This document shows, in pieces, positions 53,480 through 64,000 of a stretch of 64,000 nt of DNA. Origin of the DNA: Sphagnum compactum. Taxonomy: Eukaryota. The position numbers and the translations under genes are program-made. The first letter of the stretch is position 1. Each line of letters starts with the position of its first letter. The notes below the pieces were generated by a model. The model did no database searches. It had not been told where the DNA came from and saw only the letters and a program-made list of their open reading frames with translations. The stretch covers positions 12,586,001-12,650,000 of the forward strand of contig OZ234494.1 of assembly GCA_965153455.1 (NCBI GenBank), read 5' to 3'.

Positions 53480-53770
53480 TGTTTTATTTTTGGGCCGAGA
53501 TTTCGCCAAATTTCCACCTAAAAAATATGATTTTCGACCTATGCAAAGGATTTTGCATGGGAAAAAAAATGGCACAAATTCGCCAGATTTCCAAAAAACA
53601 AAATAAAGAGTTTCTAGATTGCCAGATTTGTATGATAAGTTCCAGTAGGTAGCCAAGAATATAGAAAGATTCTGTTTTGTTTTTCTACTTTCATATCTAA
53701 TCTGTAGCCAAATGTGGCTAAATCATCTTATGGACGGTCGCCCACTTTTGATACATCACAAAATTCAAAA
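53480..53770 (+). repeat. Dispersed repeat (partial copy at ~43430-43500)
   Basis: TCGCCAAATTTC...CGCCAGATTT...GTAGCCAAGAATATAGAA.GATTC...GCCA.ATGTGGCTAAATC.TCTTATGGA; the tail recurs at 43435 and a fragment at ~33005. Confidence 0.65.
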
Positions 53771-53836
53771 TTGAAAAAAAAGGGAAAAAAAAAAGAACAA
53801 CAACAACCATGTTCTCTACTACCTAACAAAAGTAGT

Positions 53837-54882
53837 GGGTGAACCAGCAGCACCTACACTGGTACCATGGTAAAATCCCAGTGTTGGGGCAGGCTGAGGT
53901 TATTTGGAGGTTAAATTAAGGTTCTAGGTTAGGTTAAGTTGTGAGGTATACAGACTGGAGGTTCACAAAATTGAGAAATTTGGATTTGAATTGAGACTTT
54001 GAAATCATCTCTTTTAAAAACTTGAATGGGGGACTACCTATTGTCTTTGTAAAAGAGGTTAAGGTTTTGGTTTTTTTTTTTGAAAGGTATACGCATCAAG
54101 GCTCAAAGAAACAACTCTCCCCCCTTTTCCAAATGATAAAACAAAAAATGGGTTTGATTGATGCCTTGTTTCCTTGGCGGTCGGGATTTTGTTTTCTTGA
54201 TTGCATAGCGTTTCTCAACTTTTTTCCTCCTCACGAATACACCTCACTTTCATGAGTGTGGGTACATATTTATTTATGTAAGTTATTAATTTTTGTTCGA
54301 TGCAATGTAAATTTAATTGAACCATTTCTTAACCCAGATCAAGTTCCCAATTTTTTTTGAAAGTCTTTGAAACTGGAGGTTTTATAAATCTAGAAATTTT
54401 TTCCCTCAAACCCATACCAAATGATGAAACCCTGCCAAACCTTTATAAAAATAAAGCACCCAAGAAAGGGAGAGGAAAAAAAAAACAAGGACCAAAGTCT
54501 AGGCAAGCAAACAGCTCAAAAGAGGCGGCGGGCCACAAGGAGGTAAGGGAACCAGTAAGTACCAAAACCTCCACCAATTGCTTGAAGCATATTAACTGAA
54601 GAAAGGGCAGGTAAACCCCATAAAACTCCAACACACTAAAGGTTCTATGAAATCAAATTAAAATTAAAAATTGAAATGGAAGGTAAACCCCATAAAACTC
54701 CAACACACTAAAGGTTCTATGAAATCAAATTAAAATTAAAAATTGAAATGGAAGGTTCCTTTCAAAATCAACAACCAGACTTCATGGGTAAAAAAACTCC
54801 ACATTACTTTGAGTTCCTTTTGAACACTTAACATTTCCTCCAAGAAGGTGAAGGTAATAATAGTGTAGGTGCTGGTTCACCC
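53837..54882. mobile_element. Non-autonomous TIR element (~1.05 kb) with GGGTGAA termini
   Basis: Left GGGTGAACCAGCAGCACCTACACT; right (reverse complement) GGGTGAACCAGCACCTACACT. Flanks TAGT and CAGC differ by two C/T transitions, a possible 4-bp TSD. Confidence 0.7.
54609..54756 (+). repeat. Perfect 72-bp tandem duplication
   Basis: AGGTAAACCCCATAAAACTCC...AATTGAAATGGA twice, with AGGT microhomology at the junctions. Confidence 0.95.
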
Positions 54883-54902
54883 CAGCCATTAACTGAAAGC
54901 TC

Positions 54903-55440
54903 TGGATAAATTAGCTGGATCACAAGGCCAGGATAGATTAGCTGCCCAGCAACAACAAAAAAGGGCGGGACAGATGAGCTGGATGAAAAGGGCGGGAAAA
55001 GATCAGCTGGATCAAAAAGGACTGGATAGATTAGCTGCCTAGTCACAATGAATGGACAGATTAGCTGGATGAAAAGCGTGCAAAAAGATTAGCTGGATAA
55101 ATAAGGACTGGATAGATTAGCTGCGTAGTCGCAATGAATGGACCGATTAGCTGGATGAAAAAGGCTGGAAAGATCAGCTGGATGAAAAGGGCGGCAAAGA
55201 TTAGCAGGATCAAAAAGGCCTGGATAGATTAGCTGCCTAGTCACAATGAATGGACAGATTAGCTGGATGAAAAGGGCAGCAAAGATTGGCTGGATTGAAA
55301 AGGGCTGCAAAGATTAGCTGGATCAAAAAGGACTGGATAGATTAGGTGCCCACTCAAAAGGGCTGGACAGATGACTAGCTGCCCAGCCAAAAAGGGCTGA
55401 ACAGAGTAGCTGGATCAAATGGGAGCTGGATAGACTAGCT
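54903..55440 (+). repeat. Minisatellite of about 19 units of 27-30 bp with higher-order structure
   Basis: Core GATTAGCTG every 27-30 bp. A-type units GATTAGCTGGAT(G/C)AAAAGG... alternate with B-type units GATTAGCTGCCTAGTCACAATGAATGGACA. Confidence 0.95.
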
Positions 55441-55445
55441 ACTTA

Positions 55446-55838
55446 GGCTCACTTTACACTAGGAGTCAAGGCCAATGTTCAACTCAAATCAAGCATTCCT
55501 AATTGCTGCAAAAGTTGAAATCAGGCCCAAGGGCTTTTTACATAGCAGTGAAGGCTGAAATAGAAAAACAAAATTCCAATCTGCCCCAAGTTGCTATTAA
55601 ATGCTGAACTTTGTGGCCTTGTATTGGCCCCAAGGCTGAAAAAAGGATACCATCGAATTTGGGAAGTCAGCCAATTTGCAACCTTTGGGGCCAATGTTCC
55701 AGCATTTATTAATAATATCCTGACATCAATGTTCTAGCATTTAGTAGTAATTTGGGGTCAAACAACAAGCCAAAATTGCTCAAACCTCAAAATTGGCCCC
55801 AAGTTTTTTCGGCCCTGATTCCTAGTATAAAGCGGGCC
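55446..55838. mobile_element. PIF/Harbinger (Tourist-type) MITE, 393 bp, TTA TSD
   Basis: TTA|GGCTCACTTTACACTAGGAGTCAAGGCC ... GGCCCTGATTCCTAGTATAAAGCGGGCC|TTA; 28-bp TIRs with only transition mismatches. Confidence 0.88.
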
Positions 55839-57821
55839 TTAGATCGTGAAAAAGAAAAAAAAATGGGTTTACAAGCTGACAAAATTGGGTTGCTAGATCA
55901 AGTGGACTAGAAAAGAATCAAAATTAGTAGGAAGTGGGCTATTTGGGGGGGGTGGGGGTCAAGAACATTAACTACAGTTACCGCATTCCCTGCATTCATT
56001 CAAGTCATCGTCCACCCTGCCCATGTTCTTGCCGACTAGAGTATCGGAGAAAACTGGAGTTTAGTTAATACGCTTTGCATACGCCATTCAATACAAAAGC
56101 TCCTCGTGAATTGGGGAGGGAAGGGGGGCGCAATCAATCAATCAATTCACTTCAATTCATTCATGCGTTCAGTCAGTCAGTCATCACGCGAGCGCATGAA
56201 GGAACGAACTAACAAACTAATAATAACAATAACATATGCATACACGAATTCACGAAATCATTTGCGGATAAGTAGTAGGCTAATAATAATAATGAGATGA
56301 TAATGCAAAGCATTTGATTTGTTTGCTTCATTATTTTGGATTGCTTTTAGTTTTTTGGATTTGTTTGCTTCAATTGTCTAGTGTTTAAGGTACCCTGAAT
56401 TGTTTTTTAAAAAAAATTGGGAGTTTGTTTTTTGTTTTTTCAGTTTGTTGGTTTATGCCTCCCATTGGTAGTTGTGCAAGGAGGAGAGAGAGAGAGAGAG
56501 GGAGAGAGAGGGAGCCGGACACGACCGACGACTCATTCTTGTAAGCTTTTTCTTTTGCATGAGAAAATTATATTCTCTCTCTCTCTCTCTCGATTAGGCT
56601 GCGTACAACTCTAGGCCTAGTACTACTTGCTGGAGCGTGCACTCCTAGCAAGCTAGATAGTTGGATAGTTAGCTGAGGAGGTTTTATTGGACGCCGTCCA
56701 ATTGTTGTGGCTCTCTCTCTCTCTCTCTCTCTAGACTCTCTCCTGGCATAGTTAGGTACGTTGTTGCCCCACTTGCTCATTTGCTGCCTGACACTAGTAA
56801 TGGTCAGAAGCTACGATCTGTGACGTTCATGGGAACGTAGGGAGGAGCATTGGGGGATGGGAGAAACGTCGTGTCTGTCTTTCCTCACCAAATGTTCGAT
56901 TGGATTTGTCCACCGTAGGTATCTGTGTCAGTTTCTCTCTCTGTCTCCGTGTCTGTCTCTGCTTCTTTTCTTTTCTTCTCTTTTCCCCTGCGCGCGCGCG
57001 CGTGTGTATGTGTGTGCTGATGGATTTCAATGTGATTCTTTGACGAGAGTACATGCCGACGTGATTAATCAAGCGAGCAGGAGTTTGGTTGTGGTATTCA
57101 TTCGTCGTCGTCGTCCTTGTTGTTGTTGTTGTTGTTGTTTTGGTTTGATAATATTATTATTATTCCAACATATATACCAGCTTGGTACGCCAGGAATTAA
57201 TTGTGACTTCCCCCGTTTTGCGTCTATCCGTCTACAATATCTATCCATCGCTTTCTTCGTCTTTCTTCTTCCCATTCCAGCTGCTTGTGCACGGCTGGTG
57301 GGGTCATCTGTATATAACGCACGGTAGTAATCTACGGGGAGAGATGGGGTAGTTCTAGTGCGCCGATGGCCGAGCTGAGCGCTGCAGGGTTTATGCACAC
57401 ATGGAGCAGCTGGACCATGTTCCTACTCTTTGTTGTGTCTATACTCGGGAGACCACCTCTTCAAAAGTCGACAAGTTTATATCACAGATACATCAGGTGA
57501 AGAAGAAGCAGCTAGCCTGCAGTGGTACTAGGTCCTCAGGCTCAGCGAGTTGTGCGGCTGCAATGCAGCAGATGCAGCGGTCGAATTGAGTGATAGTCTT
57601 TGTGTATTGGATCAGGCAGCAGCAGCTTCTGGAGAGGTTTTTATCAGTGTCGCCTCAACTACTCTCCAGGAGTTCGAATTCCTGCAGCAACCTAATACGT
57701 CACCTCCTGCAGGGACCAGATTTAGATACCCCACCAGCAGCAGCAGCAGCTTGTGATCACTGTACTCAGCTCCAGGAGCTTGGAGTTAGCTGCAGGGAAC
57801 ATCATCATCATCATCATCATC

Positions 57822-58727
57822 ATGGGTGGTAAGAATTCCGTGCCCGCACACAGGCCGTCCGTTCAGCAGGGAGCTGCAGTTGCAAACTCGACCAGAGCTG
57901 CAAATGAAGAATCCGTGATGAAATCTGCAAGGGAAGTCTCGGGATCGGCTGCAACTGCATTTCATGTTGTGTCGTCAGAATCCAAGGATAAAGTGCAGCC
58001 GGGGCGATCGTTCCACCTCGAACGGAAGACTAGGAATTATACTAATGCAAGCAGCATCACGACGATGTGGGATCTAGACTCGGATATCATGGATTTTCGC
58101 CGATCCATATCGTCGCAGCATGCTGTTCAGAAGCTGGAAAGCTTGAATCCACAACGTCTGTCGCTTCTCGATGACATCGAGGACGATTATCCTGTGTACA
58201 AACCACGGGACTTTGCAGCATCGTCCATGATTCCACCTCCGGCTCAATCACCCTTGAAGGAGGAGCCTGCAATGCCGGAATTTCTGTCGCGGTCGTCCTG
58301 GAGTAACTTTACTACTGTGCAGCAGCAGGATGTGCAGGCCCAATCTTTTGCTCCCCTACCTCAGCAGCAGTCGTCATCCGAAAGGGCCGTGGCCAGAAAG
58401 CCTTATATTGGAGGAGGAGCTGCAGCAGCTGCTGCTGGGATCAGTCGCGGCCCATATCAGCACTGCATGTCGTCCCTGGACGAATCCACATTGGAGAGAG
58501 CTGCCTTCTCGTTTGCTTCTCAAATGGAGATGGGTAATCTCGTGCCTCCCGCGTCGGTAACCTCCCTATTCATCACCCGCTAAATTCATTCAATTCTGCT
58601 TTTGTGCCAGACCTTGCAGAGATGCAGCTTGCAAAGGATCCCATCCTATTGAAACCCTGCACTAGTCAAAGGCCATGTATAAGACTGGCAATGGGTCTTG
58701 ATCATTGAGTGTGTTCCTTGCAGTCTT

Positions 58728-58778
<51 letters not shown>

Positions 58779-60998
58779 TTGTAGCTCATGCCGCCCATCA
58801 AACACAAGACAAGACTTGCTTCAAAAGAGTTTCAGAGCTTGACGTACTTACCTTTTGTGCTTTGAAGCTCTGCACTGTAATGTAACCTGAGATTCTGTCG
58901 TCTTGCAATGCCGTGCTAAGAAGTTTGATGGTGCCGACGCATGTGATCTACAGTACCGAAGGTCGACCTTCCATAAAGTACGGTTACCACACTCTGGGAT
59001 ATCACTTGGCAGTTGGATCAAGGATCGGAAGAAGAGGAAAAAGGAGGCAACTCGCAGTCAGAATGCTGAGGTGCATGCAGCCATCGCCATTGCTGGTTTA
59101 GCTGCAGGAATTGCTGCTGTAACGGCTGCAACGGCTGCTTCAGCAACAGATGAAGCTTCCACTAGGACATCCATTGCAGTCGCTTCCGCAGCTGCCTTGG
59201 TAGCTGCGCAATGTGTGGAAGTTGCAGAGCGCATGGGGGCTGATCGAGATCACATGGCAGCTGTTGTTAGTTCTGCAGTCAATGTCCGGTCAGCTGGGGA
59301 TATCATGACTCTAAGAGCTTCAGCTGACACTTGTGAGTATCTAGATCTGTTTACCAAAAGCCACAGAAGATAGGGCTCCAATAGAATGTGCTCTATAGCT
59401 CTTGTCTTGTTCTGTCTGGTACTGGATTGTTTTCTGAACTTCTGAACCAAGTTCCACGCATCTTGAGTCTAACCAAAAAAACCTGGAGCATTTATGTCAC
59501 AGTAGTAGATCTCTGGATCAATGTTTATTCCTTTGAATTTGGGGGCTGCAGCATTAAGGGGAGCAGCAACACTGAGGGCAAGAAGAGTGAAGGACGTGCG
59601 GAGTCTAGCATCAGTAACTCCCTATGAGAGGGCATCCAGTTGTGATTCCAGTGCTGCAACAGTGGATGAAGCTGCTGAGAGTGAAGCAGAGAATAGCTGC
59701 CAGGAGCTTCTTGCACGGGGTGCTGGATTCTTGAAAAGGGGCAAGAATGGTAAGACTTGAACAATTGTTGTTCAATCCAGTAATCTTGACTGTGACAACC
59801 TGCAGCTCCTCAAGCTTGCACACATTGATCAATTCAGATAGCTGCACATAGCCTCAGGATCACAACTGAGTCCACTGCAGAGTCTAAGAAAGTGTGTGTT
59901 AGTACTGTAAGCACTTTGTGCCAGGCTCTTATCTTTGCAACTTGGTCCACATGTGAATTCATGGCAGGAGATTTGCACTGGAGGACTGTGTCTGTGTACA
60001 TCAACAACAAGCTTGGCAAGGTAAATTTGAACATTGCCAGTACTCGGCCTGAAGAGTCTGAAATTATGTGTTGTAATTCCACAACTGTGTTAATTATCCC
60101 AGTGTTCCACAGTGTTCCTTCTGTTGGAACTGCAGTTTTGATTCTTCAAGTAATTATAAGAGACTTGTTTATGACTTGAAACAAACTCATGTTGAATACA
60201 ATTTGGAGATTATCCCAGAGCCTGGTCACTACTCTGAGATCAAGTGCTAACAATTCATGGTCTTCTGTTTGACAGGTACTGGTGCAGCTGCAAAGCAAAC
60301 ACATGAAGGGAGTATTAACTCTAAACCAAAAGAGTATGTTAAATTCACCAAAACATTTTCAATTTTCATAGTTCATCCTTGTTTACTGAGCTCTACAAAA
60401 TGATGAATAGCAAAGTGAATGTTGGGATTGGTATTAGGGATTTGAACAAACTTCTAAATTATGGTCCTTCTAGATAGTGTTCCTGGTAGTTGGTTTGCTG
60501 GATTTTGACAATATTAGCTGCAAAAACACAGCATGTAGTGGGAATATCATGTACTAAGTGATTTAAGGTTTCAGGAGATTTCCAATTCTGATTAGTTTGT
60601 CTGCATCAAGACAATCATGATCATCAGGTCTTCCTCCAAATGGTGCTAAATTTGAGAAATGGGTTTGAAGTTGTGGCCATGGATTTCAAGTCTGTTGCAT
60701 GTTTTGTGTCTAATTGCATCCATCATCTTCACCATCTTCACAAAGAGACATAATTTATTTCTTGTCCTCATGTGTGGTTTCAATCTGCTTTGCAGGTGTG
60801 GTTCTACAAGTGTATCCAAATATCCCAGCTTGGCCAGGCAGAAATCTGTTGGAGAATGGTGAACATAGAAGCTACTTTGCTTTGAAGACCAGCAGAGGGA
60901 CAATGGAGTTTGAATGTCAGAAGGAAGAAGATCATCAACTTTGGACAGAAAGCATTTCCTTCCTCCTATACATTTCAAGCCAGAGACTTCTCAAGTGA
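57822..60998 (+). CDS. VAB: FORKED-like / VAN3-binding protein (DUF828 auxin-canalisation domain + plant PH_2 domain), ~541-553 aa
   Basis: Exons 57822-58556 (or 57822-58533 plus 58785-58843), 58954-59332, 59552-59749, 59968-60020, 60276-60333 and 60796-60998, all GT-AG and phase-consistent. Motifs [120 protein letters not shown] and [15 protein letters not shown]. Confidence 0.92.
58730..58774. repeat. (TC)n microsatellite in an intron
   Basis: About 22 TC units just upstream of TTTGTAG. Confidence 0.95.
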
Positions 60999-61300
60999 TG
61001 GTCCTTGATTTGTGTGTGTGCATCATCTTAATTTCTCATTCTCCAATCAATGCCACATAGATTCTCCCCGAGCCAATTATCTTCGGCATCAGGAGCTCAC
61101 TATGATGGCATTGGTGGGCCAGTTTTTTTTTTTCTTCGTCTTCTTTTGAATGTTATTTTCACTCCTCTAAGTAGAAATTATGCAGAGGGAATGAACTCTT
61201 TCTTTCTGGAAAGTGTGCATTTGAGGAAGGTTAGCCAATGGGTTGACCCCATGTGTTTTACCACCAATCTGAAGAGTTTCCTAAGATCGGACTGTGTACT

Positions 61301-61313
61301 ACACACACACACA

Positions 61314-61352
<39 letters not shown>
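61301..61352. repeat. Compound (AC)n(TC)n microsatellite 3' of the FORKED-like gene
   Basis: Directly visible in the sequence. Confidence 0.95.
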
Positions 61353-61355
<3 letters not shown>

Positions 61356-62800
61356 ATGAACTTCCAAACAAATGGACATCAGGGAACTGAAGAATTGGAG
61401 TTTTTTAGTCTAGTCTATTGAGGTTCCTGATCTCTGTCATGGATCCAACAAACACTTTCTCAAGGGGCAGAGGACACACAACCACCTTGAGTAGGCTGTT
61501 AGTTTTCATGTGTAAAATATTTAACCCTTTGTGAACATGTCTAAAGGTTTCTGCTTGGTACACTTCCCAAGAGAACAAGGGGTGTGTCACACTGTGGCCT
61601 TGCCATGTACATTAAAAAGTATCTTAAGGCAAAAGAAGAATTATGGAAACTTAAATATTTCACCTTGCAAAAATATAATTTTCAAAAAATCCTACAAAAG
61701 AAACCAAAATCCTTCAAGATATTATAACTGTATAACAAGTCTCAAGTTTCAAAACAAGCCAAAATGTCATCTGTCAAAAATCCTCATATAAAAATAGGCT
61801 TATTACCTTAGCACCAAAATCCCTGAAGCTACTATACTCTATAATGAATCTAAACACAATATACTTGCCTTGGTAGGCAGCGCCAACAAACAAGTGAAAC
61901 TACCACACTAGTTAACACTTGAGGTAGATCCAAAGCCTTGAGAAGAAGAGGTCTGTATTCAGAATCAAGAGGGTAATCCAGCCGGTGATCGAACACTTAA
62001 GTGTGCAGGGCAGGCTGGATCCAAGGGGAGGGCTCCATTGTTTCTGGTGTCCAAACTAAACTTGAAACCCTCCTCTTGGTGCATCTGACACACTAACAAT
62101 CGTCTAAAACGGATTAGAAATGAGAAAATTACAGCTCCCAAAGTAGAGGGGTCAAAAACTCAGAAAAGCAAACCAACAAACACTAAAGGCTAGTTCCTGA
62201 ACATCAAAAAAATTCATTGTATGTTGCTTTGTTGTTATTAGAGTTCAAAGATGATTTGTAAACCTTCAGGTGGCACTCCTATAGCATTTTTAAATCTTTT
62301 AAAATAAATAAGAAATAAGAAAGTTATGAGATTTAAAAGTAAGAAAGGTCAAAATGAAAAAAAATGAAAAAAAAAGTGTTTTGTAATTGCAAAAAAAAAT
62401 AAAAATTATTGCCCTTTTTTGACTGGTCCTTTGACTTTGCATTTCAAAGATGATTTGTAGAGCTTGAGAAGACACTCCGATAACATTTTAAATCACTCAA
62501 AATGGAGAAGAATTGAGAAAAATCTGTCAAAGTGTTTGGCCATAGCCAGGTGATCAATGATGGGCCAATTTACCCTAGTGTGTGGTTGTCATAACCTTCA
62601 GTTTTGAGTAGGATATTCTTACCCTGCTGGCTCCAGGTTAAGAAATAGAGAACTGAGGCATCATTGGTTCCTAACTTTGTAGGAGTGTTAGCTGGATATT
62701 GAGAAAACACCTAGTTATCAATAACAATTATTAATAATTTATTTGTCAATTATTTAATTTTTCAAAGACTGGTTAGGGAACCTATCTGTTAAGCAGCATC

Positions 62801-63752
62801 CAGTGTTGCGTATGTAAATGTCAATAGTCATAAATACGACATGTAAATCATTACACTTACACATCCAAATTTTTTGGACTTATAGTTATCCTGTTGCAGT
62901 GTGTACATTTGTTTTTTACACTTACACAAGGCCAGTGTAAATATTTGTAAAATACACTTAGATGGCCCCATGTAAATGTTTTGGGGCATGTAAGCGTGAA
63001 TACTAAAATTATTTATAAAGTTACCTTGTCTTTGAGCCTCCTTTCACCCCCAAACCCTTCTTTCAGGGGTATCCATAAAGTAAAGAAATTTTATTAAGTC
63101 TGATAATGAAATGCTGAAAATCTTTACATGTAGGAGGAGTGAAAATATATGTGGAGCCCCTAAAGAAAAAGGAAAGACAGGGTGAAACTCAGTTCACCAC
63201 AAAAACTGAGGTCCCCCCACCCTTGAATGCTAGTGTTTTTTACTTTTTTGGATCTCACCTTATTTATGATCAAACTCAGGGTTCTAGTGTTGTTTTCCTT
63301 ACTTTATAGATAATTTTATTATATATCTTTAATGACCAGACCTTCTTGCAAAGCCATATGAATTAGTTGTGGGTGTATATTTTGATGATTTTTTATTTTT
63401 TTTTGCAATGGGCCATTTAGCCGGCTTATCTTCAAAAACATCATGCAATCTCCCCTCCTCAAGTCAAAATCACATTTTTTACTTTGTTATATATTTACAT
63501 TGTTTTACATAGCCATGTAAAATCATATAAATATGTATATTTTTACAATTACATTGTTTTATCAGACTGTCTAAAATTATAAATTTTATTTGTTTTACAC
63601 TTACATTTACATGTTTCATATTCTACATTTACACTTACACGAATATAAATAAATATTATACACTTACACTTGCACAGAGTGTAAAGAAATTTCATTATGA
63701 GATTACACTTACACAGAGTGTAAGGCCCAAACCATTTAGGCACACAACACTG
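62801..63752. mobile_element. hAT-like non-autonomous element (~950 bp)
   Basis: Left CAGTGTTGCGTATGTAAATG; right (reverse complement) CAGTGTTGTGTGCCTAAATG; dense TGTAAA/TTACAC subterminal repeats at both ends; no TSD preserved. Confidence 0.7.
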
Positions 63753-64000
63753 GTCCCAAGAGTTGGTTATTGAGAAAACACTCAGTTATCAATAGGGTTA
63801 TGAACAACCTATTTGTCAATTATTGAATTTTTTGAAGACGTGTTAGAGAACCTACTTACCTAGTAACTAGCATTCATTGACAAAATCTTCATTCGTTGCA
63901 TATTGACTTAATAACTTATGGTTGAAAATTTTGTCCAAGTAGTGTATCAATCCACTTAGTGTATTTTGCATCTTCAACTCATTCTCTCAGAGTTTCCAAT

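Noticed and set aside
54903-55440. CRISPR-like regularly spaced repeat
   Set aside because: The constant core is only ~9 bp, the 'spacers' are copies of each other, there are no cas genes and the context is eukaryotic. It is a minisatellite.
56417-57398. ORFs of 65-156 aa, including a poly-Cys/poly-Gln stretch
   Set aside because: Produced by (GA)n, (TGT)n and pyrimidine tracts in the 5' leader and intron.

Overview
Eukaryotic land-plant genomic DNA with GT-AG introns and AT-rich intergenic sequence. The repeat families resemble those I recall from Sphagnum peat moss (unverified). Three spliced genes can be supported. (1) The 5' part of a minus-strand PTM/DIR17-like Tudor-domain gene, which runs off the left edge. 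(2) A divergently transcribed six-exon SnRK1-gamma-1-like CBS-domain gene (3384-6259, 460 aa), with paired ABREs in the shared promoter. (3) A FORKED/VAN3-binding-protein-like gene (DUF828 + plant PH domain, 57822-60998). The ~50 kb between genes 2 and 3 is a nested graveyard of DNA transposons: a small non-autonomous Helitron, a large decayed group-2-like Helitron (DUF6570-Rep-PIF1) followed by a Ulp1/C48-type protease remnant, three hAT transposase remnants, a 154-bp CACTA element, a Tourist MITE and hAT-like MITEs. The most unusual signal is four GGGT-ended non-autonomous elements, three with apparent 4-bp target-site duplications, plus a decayed transposase with Sola2-type motifs, suggesting a Sola2-like family. 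A higher-order 27-30-bp minisatellite rich in RGATY motifs lies upstream of the FORKED-like gene. No rRNA, intact tRNA or CRISPR array was seen. All family assignments come from motif recognition by eye, not from database searches.
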